Positions 22,252 to 32,008 of a stretch of DNA of 64,000 nt are shown here, in pieces. Source of the DNA: a bacterium (GTDB taxonomy: Bacteria; Electryoneota; Electryoneia; Electryoneales; Electryoneaceae); the NCBI GenBank assembly GCA_963669175.1, contig OY769902.1, forward strand, positions 864,001 through 928,000. The letters are read 5' to 3'. The notes under the pieces were generated by a model. That model searched no databases. It was given only the letters and a program-made list of their open reading frames with translations, and had not been told where the DNA came from. A program made the position numbers and the translations under genes. Within the stretch, counting starts at the first letter, position 1. Each line of letters opens with the position of its first letter.

Positions 22252-22323
22252 TTCAAGATAGATTACATCCTCAAGACTGACTATACCTTCAAGACGGAGG
22301 TTATTTTAAAGACTGATTATACA
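22252..22323. repeat. Four degenerate 18-bp tandem repeats
   Basis: TTCAAGATAGATTACATC / CTCAAGACTGACTATACC / TTCAAGACGGAGGTTATT / TTAAAGACTGATTATACA. Confidence 0.7.
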
Positions 22324-22428
22324 TTTTTTGGGAGTGACTCAAGGTTTTTCTTATATAGCTACTCTTGAAAATAAAGCGTCATGATAGTATCCGACGAACG
22401 ATTCATAGGTGATAGGAAAGAAGCATAT

Positions 22429-22652
22429 GGAAAAAGGGGACAGTTTCCTTTCCCTGAAGCAAAGCCTTCCCGCTGTGAGCATGGACCGGGAAAGGTGGCT
22501 GTACCCTTTTTCTTGAGAGCAGGCAGGAATTACACGGAAAAGGGGACAGTTTCCTTTTCCATGAATGTCTCAAGCGTATTCTGTATGAGCGCGAGGAAAA
22601 GGATCCCGTCCCCTTTTCCCGGCAATCTCTATTATGACGGAATAAAACCGAG
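22429..22652. repeat. Cluster of GGGACAG/GTCCC palindromic repeats, interrupted by IS110
   Basis: AAAAGGGGACAGTTTCCTTT twice with partner arms AAAGGTGGCTGTACCCTTTT and AAAGGATCCCGTCCCCTTTT. Confidence 0.8.
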
Positions 22653-22739
22653 TTCCTATGTTAAACGACAGGCGCATCAAGTCGTGTTGGAACTGCTATC
22701 TTAGCAGTATTCCATTTTTCCAACACAAGGAGAAGCGCC

Positions 22740-23801
22740 ATGTCGAAGAACCAAGTTATTGCAGCGGACCGTTCATTGTCTATAGGTCTGGATGTTGATT
22801 CGCAGACTTCTTTCGCCGTTGTGCTCGACACCCAGACTGGTGAAGTGCTCTTTGAGAATCGGATCAAGCATGACTCAGCCGCTTGGGAACGCTTCTTTGC
22901 CCGTTTTCCCAACTGCCGCATGTGGGCGTGTTATGAAGCGGGCCTCACCGGCTTTGGCCTCTGTCGTTACCTGATCGGCCAAGGTGTTGACTGCCAGATC
23001 GCGCCGCCCAGCCAAGTTCCCAAAGGGGCGCAAGCGAAGCAGCAGAAGACCGATCATCTGGATGCCCTTACCTTGGCCCACATGTTCTGGACACCACCTC
23101 GTACCTGGGTACATGTCCCCACAGAACAGGAAGAGGCGGATCGTCAGTTGTCTCGCACCCGTGACCAGGTGATGAATGATCGCGTTCGGGTCAAAAACCG
23201 AATCAAGAGTCTGCTATTGTTTCACGGTTTACAGTCACCGTTTCCGCCGCAACGCTATTGGACAAAGGAATACCGGCGCTGGTTGCGAACGTGTGATTGT
23301 CTGGCTGCGACACGGATAGCCATTGATGTTGCTCTCGATGAGCTGGAGGCCATTGAACAGCAACTCAAGGTGATCACCAAAGCGATCAAGGCGATGAATG
23401 CGTCCGCAACGTATCGGGACCGTACCCAGCGCCTGTGCCAGGTGAAAGGCGTGGGCGAGCTGACCGTGAACGCCTTCGTGACCGAGATGTATCGTCCCGA
23501 ACGCTTCGCATCCGGTAAGCAAGTCGGCGCACATCTTGGCTTGACGCCGTGTGAATGGTCAAGCGCCAACACACGCCATATGGGACACATTACCCACTGG
23601 GGACCGTCCCATCTACGAAAACTATTGGTCGAAGCTGCGTGGCGTTGGGTGCAAAAAGATCCGTATGCAAAGAAGAAATACGATGCGATCCATGCCGGGA
23701 AAACACGGAAAGTGGCGATCGTCGCCATGGCACGAAAACTAGCCGTGATACTGTGGGCCATGCTGGTCAAAGAACAAGACTACAATCCTGCCTGCGTATA
23801 A
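22740..23801 (+). CDS. IS110-family transposase/recombinase (DEDD RuvC-like + Transposase_20)
   Basis: IGLDVD, YEAG, KTDHLDA, GVGELT, GLTPCEWSS, LRKLLVEAAW, AIVAMARKLAVILWAML. Confidence 0.96.
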   Translation: MSKNQVIAADRSLSIGLDVDSQTSFAVVLDTQTGEVLFENRIKHDSAAWERFFARFPNCRMWACYEAGLTGFGLCRYLIGQGVDCQIAPPSQVPKGAQAKQQKTDHLDALTLAHMFWTPPRTWVHVPTEQEEADRQLSRTRDQVMNDRVRVKNRIKSLLLFHGLQSPFPPQRYWTKEYRRWLRTCDCLAATRIAIDVALDELEAIEQQLKVITKAIKAMNASATYRDRTQRLCQVKGVGELTVNAFVTEMYRPERFASGKQVGAHLGLTPCEWSSANTRHMGHITHWGPSHLRKLLVEAAWRWVQKDPYAKKKYDAIHAGKTRKVAIVAMARKLAVILWAMLVKEQDYNPACV

Positions 23802-24000
23802 CCCCAGCACTGCTGGCAGGTAGGTAAAGCATAGATTGTGATTGAATCGTCCGATGCCATTGGGAACACGCGACCCTGGTAGTTATTCTGTTGCTTGACA
23901 ACGATTCGAGTTTAGGGCGCCGCTGTTCCGTGCGAACAAAAAACTTGTGCCACGAGCACGAATAGCAGAACGGCACATGGGACGATACAAAGGCTCTTTA
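23802..24000 (+). ncRNA. Candidate bridge/seek RNA in the IS right end
   Basis: Non-coding; stems 23846-58/23972-86 and 23874-79/23912-17 enclose segments matching the donor junction and target; boundaries approximate. Confidence 0.7.
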
Positions 24001-24056
24001 CACCCTTGACTGTTTACATAGCAGAACAGCTATACCAGATATGGTTAAGTTTTTGT

Positions 24057-24238
24057 ACTCCGCAGGAGTACGATAAGTGAGCCCAGGGTTGGCAAGTAGC
24101 GTACATCCTATTCCCACCGTGAGCGCCAAACAGACGGCGCTGGACGGTGGGCTAATTCAGGGAACCACTGCCGTGGTTCTTGCACTGGCCGTTCCATCAA
24201 GTATCACATTGAAATTCCAATGGTGAAATATCCGGGCT
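24057..24238. repeat. REP-like palindrome cluster (family B)
   Basis: Near identical to 63246-63399 and similar to 40860-41014: CCCACCGTGAGCGCCAAACAGACGGCGCTGGACGGTGGG, AACCACTGCCGTGGTT. Confidence 0.9.
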
Positions 24239-24361
24239 AATGGCAGATTAAACAAAAAAACGGGACCGACCCTGATGAGTCAGTCCCGATTTCAAAACAT
24301 CATGCTATCCGGACATCAGAATCGATGATATCCTTCAATCCTTGTTTTCTGTGAAGAGCTT

Positions 24362-24841
24362 CTAGTCATCGAGTTCACGCAACCGGCGCAGAATACCCAA
24401 TGCGCTATCACCCTGTGCGATCTGGCCGATTTTCTCCATTCGTGTCACATCCGCCTGGAATTTCTTCTTCATACGAGCTTCGTACGCGTCCTTCAGGGTT
24501 TCGATCAACTTATCCAGTTCGTACGGTTTTGGCAGATAGCCGAACGCGCCCAGGCGAGTGCATTCCACCGCGCTGTCAATAGAACCATGCCCGGTCAGAA
24601 TAATCGCTTCGAGGAAAGAGTTCTCTCCTTTCAGGATTTCCATGACCTCTCGTCCGTTAAGGCCGGGCATTTTCAGGTCCAGAAGAGCGATATCGAACGG
24701 CTGTTGACGCGCCAGTTCAATCGCTTTTTCACCATTTTCCGCCTTGGTGACATCGAAGCCACGCATTTCCAGCCGTTTGGCGATGGCGTCGAGAAACTTG
24801 ACTTCGTCGTCAACGATCAGGAGCTTGATGGGAGTGTCCAT
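24362..24841 (-). CDS. Response regulator (receiver + short tail)
   Basis: LLIVDDE, LLDLKMPG, ILTGHGS, YLPKP. Confidence 0.92.
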   Translation of the reverse strand: MDTPIKLLIVDDEVKFLDAIAKRLEMRGFDVTKAENGEKAIELARQQPFDIALLDLKMPGLNGREVMEILKGENSFLEAIILTGHGSIDSAVECTRLGAFGYLPKPYELDKLIETLKDAYEARMKKKFQADVTRMEKIGQIAQGDSALGILRRLRELDD

Positions 24842-24875
24842 GTTGTACCTCACTATTTCTGACTATCGTTGTTTT

Positions 24876-26915
24876 CTATGACGGGAACCCGATCCACTGC
24901 CAGTACCCCAGGATTACCCATACCCACAGCACCACAAAGCTGATCAGCAGAACAAAAAATCCGTGCTTGAAGAAATCAGCCAGTGTAACAAGCTGTTCGC
25001 CTGTCACCGGATCTTTCGCCATGGCATACGCCAAAGCGTTGGAGGGTGTGCCGATGATCAGCATGTGAGCGAAACTTGACGCGAATGCGGTTGCAAAGCC
25101 GACCATCCAGGGATGGGTACCGGCGATCTGGGCCATGGGTACTGTAATCGGCCCGATGGCGGCGACTGTTGCGCCATCACTCATGAAGTTGGTTGCCAGA
25201 CCGGTGAAAATGCTGGCCGCAATGGCAAGGCCGCTGCCTTCCTGCATAATGGGCGGCAGGATGTTGACAAAGGTGTCCGCCATAACCAGTGCAGCGCCGG
25301 TGGTCGCCAGTCCTTTCCCGATAGCGCTGGCCCCGGCATACAGGAAAACCACTTCCCAGTGAATTTTCGCCATTTCACGCCAGGGCAGAACACGGAAAAT
25401 ATTCATCAATACCAGCCCCAGGATAACCGGGCCACCCATGCCCAGGGAATCGCTGGCGAAAATCCACAAGAAAATCACAATCAGCAATATGGCTGCGGTG
25501 ACATATTCATCACGGTTCATCTTGCCGATTTTTTCCGCCGACTGCTTTACCATTTTCGAAGCGTTCAACTGCTTGACCTGAACCTTCGGACGGACAGCAA
25601 CCAGCAGGTATATTGCGATGGACAGGCTCATCACCGGGACCATCGGGAAACCGTACTTGACCCATTCTCCAAACGACGGAGCCAGGTTGTAATCGGCCAG
25701 GATGCCGATCATGATGGCGTTTCGTCCTCCCGCTGCCGGTGATCCCGGACCGCCGGTATTGGCCGCGTAACAAACCGCCAACGCAAACAACACCATCAGC
25801 GCCTTGTCTTTCTTGATGCCTGCCGCACGACATGAGCTGGCGTACACCATTACAAAAATCGGCATGATAAACGCCACCAGCGCATGTTCGCTAATGAAAG
25901 AACAAGTCATGGAAAGCGTAGGCATGAATACCAGCAGCAACAGCGTAAGGTTCTTCGCCGGAGAAAGCAGCAGCAATCCGATACGACGATCCAGCCCGGT
26001 ACGACTGATCGCTTTTGACATGGCCAGCACGCCAAAGATGAACACCACAGCATCCTTGGCGTACGCCTGGGCGACTTTATCAGGATCAAGCACATTGAAG
26101 CAGATCATGATCACACCCACGATCAGTGCAGTCACACCTACCGGGACTGCGCCCGTTGCCCAGAACAAGGCTGCAATCACAATTACACCAAGCATCACTT
26201 TGGCGCGTGTGAAAACCTGCTCCGGATTCAACAGGTCTTTCTTGCCGTCTTTCTCCGTGTACAGGCTGTTCTTCTTTGCGTAATAGTGGACAATATTCTC
26301 GCCATCGGACATTTTCCGGTATTCCGAATACCCCATGTTCATATCGACTGCGGCGTTTTCTATTCGTGGTGTTTTCGGAACAGTCAACAGCTCTTTCATC
26401 CGTTGCGGTGTGGGCATGAAAACGACTGCCGCAAATGCCAGGATACCGACCAGGATAAACAACGGGCGGGAATTATGCTGTCCCATCAGCCATTTCCACA
26501 GCGATGAACGCTCGGTTTTTACGACTTCCAACCGTTCCATGGCGTAGCCATGCTCTTCACGCGCCGCCTCGATCCGGCCTATCAGGAAGTCCAGATCCTC
26601 TACCGGTTTTTCCATATAATCGAAGGCGTCCAGCTTTCCCGCTTCCTTAGCGCTTGCCAGGCTGCCATGAGCGGTCAGCATGATGATCTGCATGGCGGGA
26701 CGGAAATTCTTCAGTTCCTTCAGGGTTTGCTCGCCACTCATGCCCGGCATTTTCCGGTCGAGCAGGGCGACATCAATCGAAGCATCCTGGCGAATCAGCT
26801 TGATCGCATCATCGCCACAGGTGGCTTGTACGACTTCCAGGCCACGCATTTCCAACCGTTTGGCCAAGGATTGACGAAACTTTTCCTCGTCGTCAATTAA
26901 CAACACTTTTGGCAT
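24876..26915 (-). CDS. Receiver-domain / DASS (SLC13) anion transporter fusion
   Basis: N-terminal LLIDDE...LLDRKMPG...LTAHG...KP; polytopic domain with ISEHA, GGPGSPAAGGRNA, NFMSDGATVA, LIIGTPSNA. Confidence 0.9.
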   Translation of the reverse strand: MPKVLLIDDEEKFRQSLAKRLEMRGLEVVQATCGDDAIKLIRQDASIDVALLDRKMPGMSGEQTLKELKNFRPAMQIIMLTAHGSLASAKEAGKLDAFDYMEKPVEDLDFLIGRIEAAREEHGYAMERLEVVKTERSSLWKWLMGQHNSRPLFILVGILAFAAVVFMPTPQRMKELLTVPKTPRIENAAVDMNMGYSEYRKMSDGENIVHYYAKKNSLYTEKDGKKDLLNPEQVFTRAKVMLGVIVIAALFWATGAVPVGVTALIVGVIMICFNVLDPDKVAQAYAKDAVVFIFGVLAMSKAISRTGLDRRIGLLLLSPAKNLTLLLLVFMPTLSMTCSFISEHALVAFIMPIFVMVYASSCRAAGIKKDKALMVLFALAVCYAANTGGPGSPAAGGRNAIMIGILADYNLAPSFGEWVKYGFPMVPVMSLSIAIYLLVAVRPKVQVKQLNASKMVKQSAEKIGKMNRDEYVTAAILLIVIFLWIFASDSLGMGGPVILGLVLMNIFRVLPWREMAKIHWEVVFLYAGASAIGKGLATTGAALVMADTFVNILPPIMQEGSGLAIAASIFTGLATNFMSDGATVAAIGPITVPMAQIAGTHPWMVGFATAFASSFAHMLIIGTPSNALAYAMAKDPVTGEQLVTLADFFKHGFFVLLISFVVLWVWVILGYWQWIGFPS

Positions 26916-26930
26916 GTTCACATCTCCCGA

Positions 26931-27518
26931 TCACGATTCGTGGTGGTTGTTCCGTTCACATTCGCGAAGATTTTCGCAGACAGTATCGAAAACGTCCGAA
27001 AGACGTAAAATCCCGGTGACATTGCCCTGCCGCGTAACCAGCAGGGACAGGGTGTTGTGCTTGTTCATCAGGCGGAGGGCTTCCATCAGGCTGGCGTCTT
27101 CCGCAATGTTGATGGTTCCCGGAACGCAGACATCACGAACTTTGATGTGCGCGGCCAGCTCGCACAGGTCCATGGTCTCGCTTTCCAGCATCTCCATGGC
27201 GTCCATGGCGCGAGACACCAGCTCTTCATCAATGTTGGCTCGTTGAACCACACTCTGTTCAAAGGCGGCACGGTGATGTGGCAGCAGCGCTTGCAGGAAA
27301 GCGTGATAACCCAGCTTTCCGACAAATTCGCCCTTCCTGTTCCGTACCAGCACAGCACGGTGTTTCTGCATGCCTTCCTGCAGCTTGGCCTGGGCGGCGT
27401 CCAATGCGTGTAACGCATCCAGCAGGGTCGCGTCGTCGTTTACCACGGCATACAACGACAATGGCAGCATGATCTCTTGTACCTGAATTCGAAACGGCAT
27501 CGTGTTCTCCTCGCACAT
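26931..27518 (-). CDS. CBS-domain protein
   Basis: VQEIM...DATLLDAL...RAVLV...VGKL; VRDV...DASLMEAL...GILRLSDVF. Confidence 0.85.
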   Translation of the reverse strand: MCEENTMPFRIQVQEIMLPLSLYAVVNDDATLLDALHALDAAQAKLQEGMQKHRAVLVRNRKGEFVGKLGYHAFLQALLPHHRAAFEQSVVQRANIDEELVSRAMDAMEMLESETMDLCELAAHIKVRDVCVPGTINIAEDASLMEALRLMNKHNTLSLLVTRQGNVTGILRLSDVFDTVCENLRECERNNHHES

Positions 27519-27604
27519 GACGTGCGTTCGGTGTCGAATCTTCTCTTCGCTTGTTCGTATGCTTTTTGCTTACTCGTAAAACTCAAACTCATTATTTCCC
27601 TCGA

Positions 27605-27629
27605 GATCCCCGTTCAAGCCGGGGATGAC
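27605..27629. repeat. Short REP-like palindrome
   Basis: GATCCCCGTTCAAGCCGGGGATGAC. Confidence 0.5.
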
Positions 27630-27775
27630 ATCTGAGAACAATACCTTTATTCCAGACAGACGGGTCTTTTATTAGAAATTTTATCTCCCACATCCCTGAT
27701 CATGTGCAAGTTTGGCCCGACTGCTTGCTGTCGGGATGCTCTTCGCGCAGAACCTGAACACGAGTAATGCGCGAC

Positions 27776-29467
27776 CTAATCCATCATCCTATAGGGCAGC
27801 TCCACGATAAAGGTGCTTCCCGCACCGGGTGCGCTTTCCACATATATCTCGCCGTGCATGTTCTTGACAATGCTGTGACTTACCGACAATCCCAGCCCGG
27901 TTCCCTTGCCCGGCGCTTTGGTCGTATGGAATGGCATGAAAATCTTTTCCATCTGCTCGGAAGTCATGCCGCAACCGGTATCCTTCACAGCTATCAGGAC
28001 CAACTTGTTGTAACAGGTTGTGGTGACGGTCAGGGCGCCACGACCGTCCATGGCGTCGACCGCGTTTTTCATCAGGTTCAGCAACACCTGTTCAAGCTGG
28101 TTTTTATCGGTATACAAGGGTTTCGGGTTGTCGCAGTACTCACGCACGATTTCCACATTGGACCCGTTCAGCTCGGAACTCAGCAGGTTATTGATCACCT
28201 CTTCGATAATTTCATGTACATCATATTCATCCACTCGAACTTCCTGTTTACGTACGAAACCGAGCAGCTTGCGTGTGATGTCACGTGCGCGGAAGGTGGC
28301 GTCATGGATATTGTTCAGGTGCGGCGCCAGTTCTTCCAGGGTGATGCCCTCGTTCCACTGCGGGTCCATCAGGTCTTTCATAAGGCCGGATTCTTCCGCG
28401 ATGATAGCCAGTGGATTGTTGATCTCATGGGCGATCCCGGCAGCCAGTTCACCCACCGAAGCCAGTTTGGACGCCTGCACCAGTTGCACCGACAGCTCTT
28501 TCTCGGTCTTTTCAACCTGGAGTTGACGTCGCACGAGAGAACGCGCACGAATCCAGATCACGATCAGCCCCATACCGAAAAAGAAGACAAACATCGCTGT
28601 CATCCCGCCATGCAAGCCCATGAAGACGTTATGGGACAAACGCTTGTCGGTGGCCTGAACAATCAGCGCCCAGTCCGTGCTGGTCATCCAGGCGTAGGCA
28701 TACCATTTTTTCTTGCCATCACGGGTTTTCGCGATGCCATGGCCGGGATCGGACGGTGGCTGGAAAGGGGATGCCTGCAACGGTTGCCCCAGGCTGGGTG
28801 ACGTCAACTGAAAAACCCCCTGCGGGTTGATCAGGGCTGTACGGACCTCCTCGGAACCTTCCTGGCGGGTGACGTAATCATAGATCTCGCCCGGGGTCAG
28901 CGCCGCACGCAACACTCGAAGGGAATCACCAATCTCACGCTTGACTGCGATAGTGAAATGGGGACGGTCGCGGAACCCCAGGTAAACATCGGTGATGACA
29001 CAAGGGTTATCTTCCACTAACAACCGTTTGAACCACTCTTCCTGCCCGTAATTACGGTTCTGCAGGAACATGTAAGGCCCATCATACGCGATAGATTGCC
29101 CGGACCCATCCAAAATGCTGACATCGGAAAAGGCGTTTGAGGTCTGGCGCAGGCCTGAAAGGATGCTTTCGACATACCCGGCGCTGGGGTTCGGCTGAAA
29201 GGAAGGATCGTCAATCTTGTTGGAAAGGTTGACCACACGCTCCATCATGAACAGGTCAAGTGTGTTGGCCTGATGCTCGGCAATGGCGGACATATGCAGC
29301 CGTTCACTCTCCAGCAGCATACGGCTGTACTGGAGTAGCGAAAACAGGGCAAGTAACACCAGCGGCACGAAATACATGACAATCAACTTGACGATGGTCT
29401 GCTGAAAGACCTCGCGGTAATGCTTCAGATCGTCACGATCCTCGTGAGATTGAGGGGTATCGGCCAT
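27776..29467 (-). CDS. Membrane sensor histidine kinase (Cache-type periplasmic domain)
   Basis: Two TMs, WFK...[38 protein letters not shown]. Confidence 0.93.
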   Translation of the reverse strand: MADTPQSHEDRDDLKHYREVFQQTIVKLIVMYFVPLVLLALFSLLQYSRMLLESERLHMSAIAEHQANTLDLFMMERVVNLSNKIDDPSFQPNPSAGYVESILSGLRQTSNAFSDVSILDGSGQSIAYDGPYMFLQNRNYGQEEWFKRLLVEDNPCVITDVYLGFRDRPHFTIAVKREIGDSLRVLRAALTPGEIYDYVTRQEGSEEVRTALINPQGVFQLTSPSLGQPLQASPFQPPSDPGHGIAKTRDGKKKWYAYAWMTSTDWALIVQATDKRLSHNVFMGLHGGMTAMFVFFFGMGLIVIWIRARSLVRRQLQVEKTEKELSVQLVQASKLASVGELAAGIAHEINNPLAIIAEESGLMKDLMDPQWNEGITLEELAPHLNNIHDATFRARDITRKLLGFVRKQEVRVDEYDVHEIIEEVINNLLSSELNGSNVEIVREYCDNPKPLYTDKNQLEQVLLNLMKNAVDAMDGRGALTVTTTCYNKLVLIAVKDTGCGMTSEQMEKIFMPFHTTKAPGKGTGLGLSVSHSIVKNMHGEIYVESAPGAGSTFIVELPYRMMD

Positions 29468-30067
29468 GTCCTGCCATCCTTTCGTCGACCCTCTCGCACG
29501 AAATCAAGATTTCGTGAAACGATTCACAAACTTTCCAAAAAAAAATCAAACACCTTTTCTCGCGTTTTCACACGAAAAGAAGACAAAAAGGCAGACGAAG
29601 GCCCGAGATTGACCGCCGCAGTCAACCCCCTGTTTCGCAACCATTTTATCCCCTTAAAAAGTTAGGAGTAATCAAAATTCCTGATCAAGGGGCTGAGAGT
29701 AGGAATATGTTAGGTTTATATAACAACAACACTACACCAACACTTCAAAAGATTTTGTTATTTACTGTTTATCAAAAGTTTGAATTTTTCTGGGTGATTT
29801 GGGAATAGGGGATTATTGTACCAAAACAGGCTAATTGTTAGGGGGTTCTAATTCTCAATAATTACGTCTGGATTTTTTTTGCCGGTTTTGGTGGGGGAAT
29901 AACGTGAGAAAATGTTGGGGGCCTCTTACTTTTGGTTGTGGTTTTCGAATTCTTGATTCTGAGGCTGTGGAAAATAGAGCCTTCGAAAACCAGTGGAAAC
30001 AAGCATCTGCCTCTTGTAGCGAGCCTGCAACTGGCTCTCGGCAATCGTGAGCCGTATATTAGCCGAA

Positions 30068-30248
30068 GTCTTCGGGGCCTGGTGCAATTCCAGACCGGCG
30101 GTGAGAGTCCGCGACTCCCGGGATAGCCTGTGAAAGAACAGCGGGTTAGAGGTCAGACAACATGAGCCTGCTACCCAGTTCTGAGGCGTTTCGGGACTGA
30201 ACCGGTGAGATTCCGGTACCGACGGTGAAAGTCCGGATGGGAGAAGGC
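30068..30248 (+). promoter_or_regulatory. FMN riboswitch (RFN element)
   Basis: TCTTCGGGGCCTGGTGCAATTCCAGACCGGCGGTGAGAGTCCGCG...TGAACCGGTGAGATTCCGGTACCGACGGTGAAAGTCCGGATGGGAGAAG upstream of ribD. Confidence 0.95.
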
Positions 30249-30372
30249 GGACCGGCGAAAGCCGGATACAAGCATGAGCGGGGGCGGCTGTATGCCGATC
30301 TCCCGAAACCACGTCCGCGTACGGATTAACGTCTGTATGGCCGGGTGTGCATGCGTTGCCATGACCCCTACG

Positions 30373-30410
30373 CCCCGACGGTTGTAAAACCGCAGGGGCT
30401 TTCTGTTTTT
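30373..30410 (+). terminator. Probable riboswitch terminator
   Basis: GCCCCGACGGTT-gtaa-AACCGCAGGGGC-TTTCTGTTTTT. Confidence 0.7.
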
Positions 30411-30500
30411 AGCCCTTTAAGTTGGAAAGTTATAGATTAGAAAATTATCAAGTTAATGCGTTATTGTGGTTCCGGAAAGTTTTACTGATTAGAAGGCAAT

Positions 30501-30704
30501 TAGCCTGCTTCAGCAGGCTCCTCTTAGCACCCGGCTTTAGCCGGGTGGCTGGGGATAACAGAAGCTATGAGCGCGCTTTAGCGTGCTTCAGTGTCATAGA
30601 ATCTATACAAATCCAGAAAGCACCCTGAAGGGCGCTCGAGTCCTTGTTGTCCTTGTTCCCCCGGCTAAAGCCGGGGGCTAAGAGGAGCAGGCTAAAGCCT
30701 GCTA
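30501..30704. repeat. REP doublet (REPIN-like) in the rib leader
   Basis: 45-bp arms 30501-30545 and 30660-30704 are near reverse complements, each made of small palindromes (CCCGGCTTTAGCCGGG). Confidence 0.85.
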
Positions 30705-30895
30705 ACAAAAATGAATATAAATTTTCGAAAGAGTGCAATCCGGGAAAATCAGACGCTATACAAGACAATGTAAGTTCTTCATCAGAATGTTTTTATCCTT
30801 GACATCCTGATCATCCTTTACATCCTGTAAATGGAACAGATACAGGCAGTAAATGCAACAGATACAGGCAACGACAGCAAACAACATACAGGCTT

Positions 30896-32008
30896 ATGTC
30901 TACATTCAGCGAACAAGATCACAGCATGATGCGTCGGGCGTTACGGTTGGCCAGGCGTGGACGTAGCTGGGTTGCGCCGAACCCGATGGTCGGAGCGGTG
31001 GTGGTGCGTGATGGTGAAATTGTGGGCGAGGGGTATCACCAGCGGTTCGGCGGTCCTCACGCCGAAGTGCATGCCTTGGAAAATGCCGGGGAGCGGGCGA
31101 AAGGCGCTGACTTGTATGTCACCCTGGAGCCTTGCTGCCATTTCGGGAAGACGCCACCATGCTCCAACCTGGTGATTGAAAAAGGGATCAAACGTGTTTT
31201 CGCGGCCATTGTGGACCCGAATCCATTGGTCAACGGTCGCGGATTGGAGCAGCTACGTAGCGCCGGGCTGGAGGTTCATGTCGGTCTGGAAACGGAGCAG
31301 GCGCGTGCCCTGAACGAATTTTACCTGAAGAAAGCCGCCACCGGGAAGCCGTGGGTCACTCTGAAGCTGGCCCAGACATTGGATGGCCGCATCGCCACAC
31401 GTACCGGGCACAGTCAGTGGATCACCGGTCCGAAAGCGCGTCAGATGGGCCATGCGCTGCGTGCCATGCACGACGCTATCCTGGTCGGCGCCGGGACAGT
31501 GCATGCGGACGATCCCACGCTCAATGTTCGTCACGTTCGCGGACGTAATCCCATCCGTATCGTCCTGGACACCAAGTGCGGCTTGCAGGAAAACTGCACC
31601 CTGTTGAACTCACCGGACATCGCCCCTACCTGGATTATCGCGTCAGACAGATGCAAGAATCTTCCCGACTGGGACACTCGTGATCACGTCAGCATCCTGC
31701 GTGTGCCGGAAGATGACGAGGGCACGATTGACCTGCATGAGCTGATGAGTATCCTGGGGCGGCGTGGGGTGAGTTCCATCCTGGTCGAAGGGGGACGTCA
31801 CATCTGGACACGATTCCTCGAAGAAGGCCTGGTAGACAAAATCGAAGCCTTTATTGCGCCGATGATCATGGGCGAAGGACTGGAAGCGATTGGCGATCTG
31901 GGCGTATTGAAGATTCCGGATGCTGTGAAACTGGATGATTTCCGCTGGCGCAGGGTTGGAACGGATTTACATGTGGTGGCCAAGGTTCACCCGCATTGGA
32001 GGCCGTAA
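30896..32008 (+). CDS. ribD: Riboflavin biosynthesis deaminase/reductase
   Basis: PNPMVGAV, HAEVHAL, TLEPCCHFGKTPPC, LDGRIA, VEGG. Confidence 0.98.
   Translation: MSTFSEQDHSMMRRALRLARRGRSWVAPNPMVGAVVVRDGEIVGEGYHQRFGGPHAEVHALENAGERAKGADLYVTLEPCCHFGKTPPCSNLVIEKGIKRVFAAIVDPNPLVNGRGLEQLRSAGLEVHVGLETEQARALNEFYLKKAATGKPWVTLKLAQTLDGRIATRTGHSQWITGPKARQMGHALRAMHDAILVGAGTVHADDPTLNVRHVRGRNPIRIVLDTKCGLQENCTLLNSPDIAPTWIIASDRCKNLPDWDTRDHVSILRVPEDDEGTIDLHELMSILGRRGVSSILVEGGRHIWTRFLEEGLVDKIEAFIAPMIMGEGLEAIGDLGVLKIPDAVKLDDFRWRRVGTDLHVVAKVHPHWRP

Larger units (their letters stand above)
22651..24024 (+). mobile_element. IS110-family insertion sequence (IS1111-type), AG core at both ends
   Basis: Filled site AAAACCG-AG[TTCCTATGTTAAAC...GTTTACATAGC]AG-AACAGC vs empty AAAATCG-AG-AACAGC at 15601-15615; imperfect sub-terminal IRs; short left end, long right end. 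Confidence 0.9.

Noticed and set aside
22252-22323. TIGR-type guide array (36-nt period near an IS110-family gene)
   Set aside because: Only two 36-nt units, no box C/D-like motifs or spacer pattern, outside the IS ends, and the protein is a full transposase
22381-22704. ORFs 22381-22704 and 15478-15681 as genes
   Set aside because: They translate palindromic repeats, and the first crosses the IS boundary
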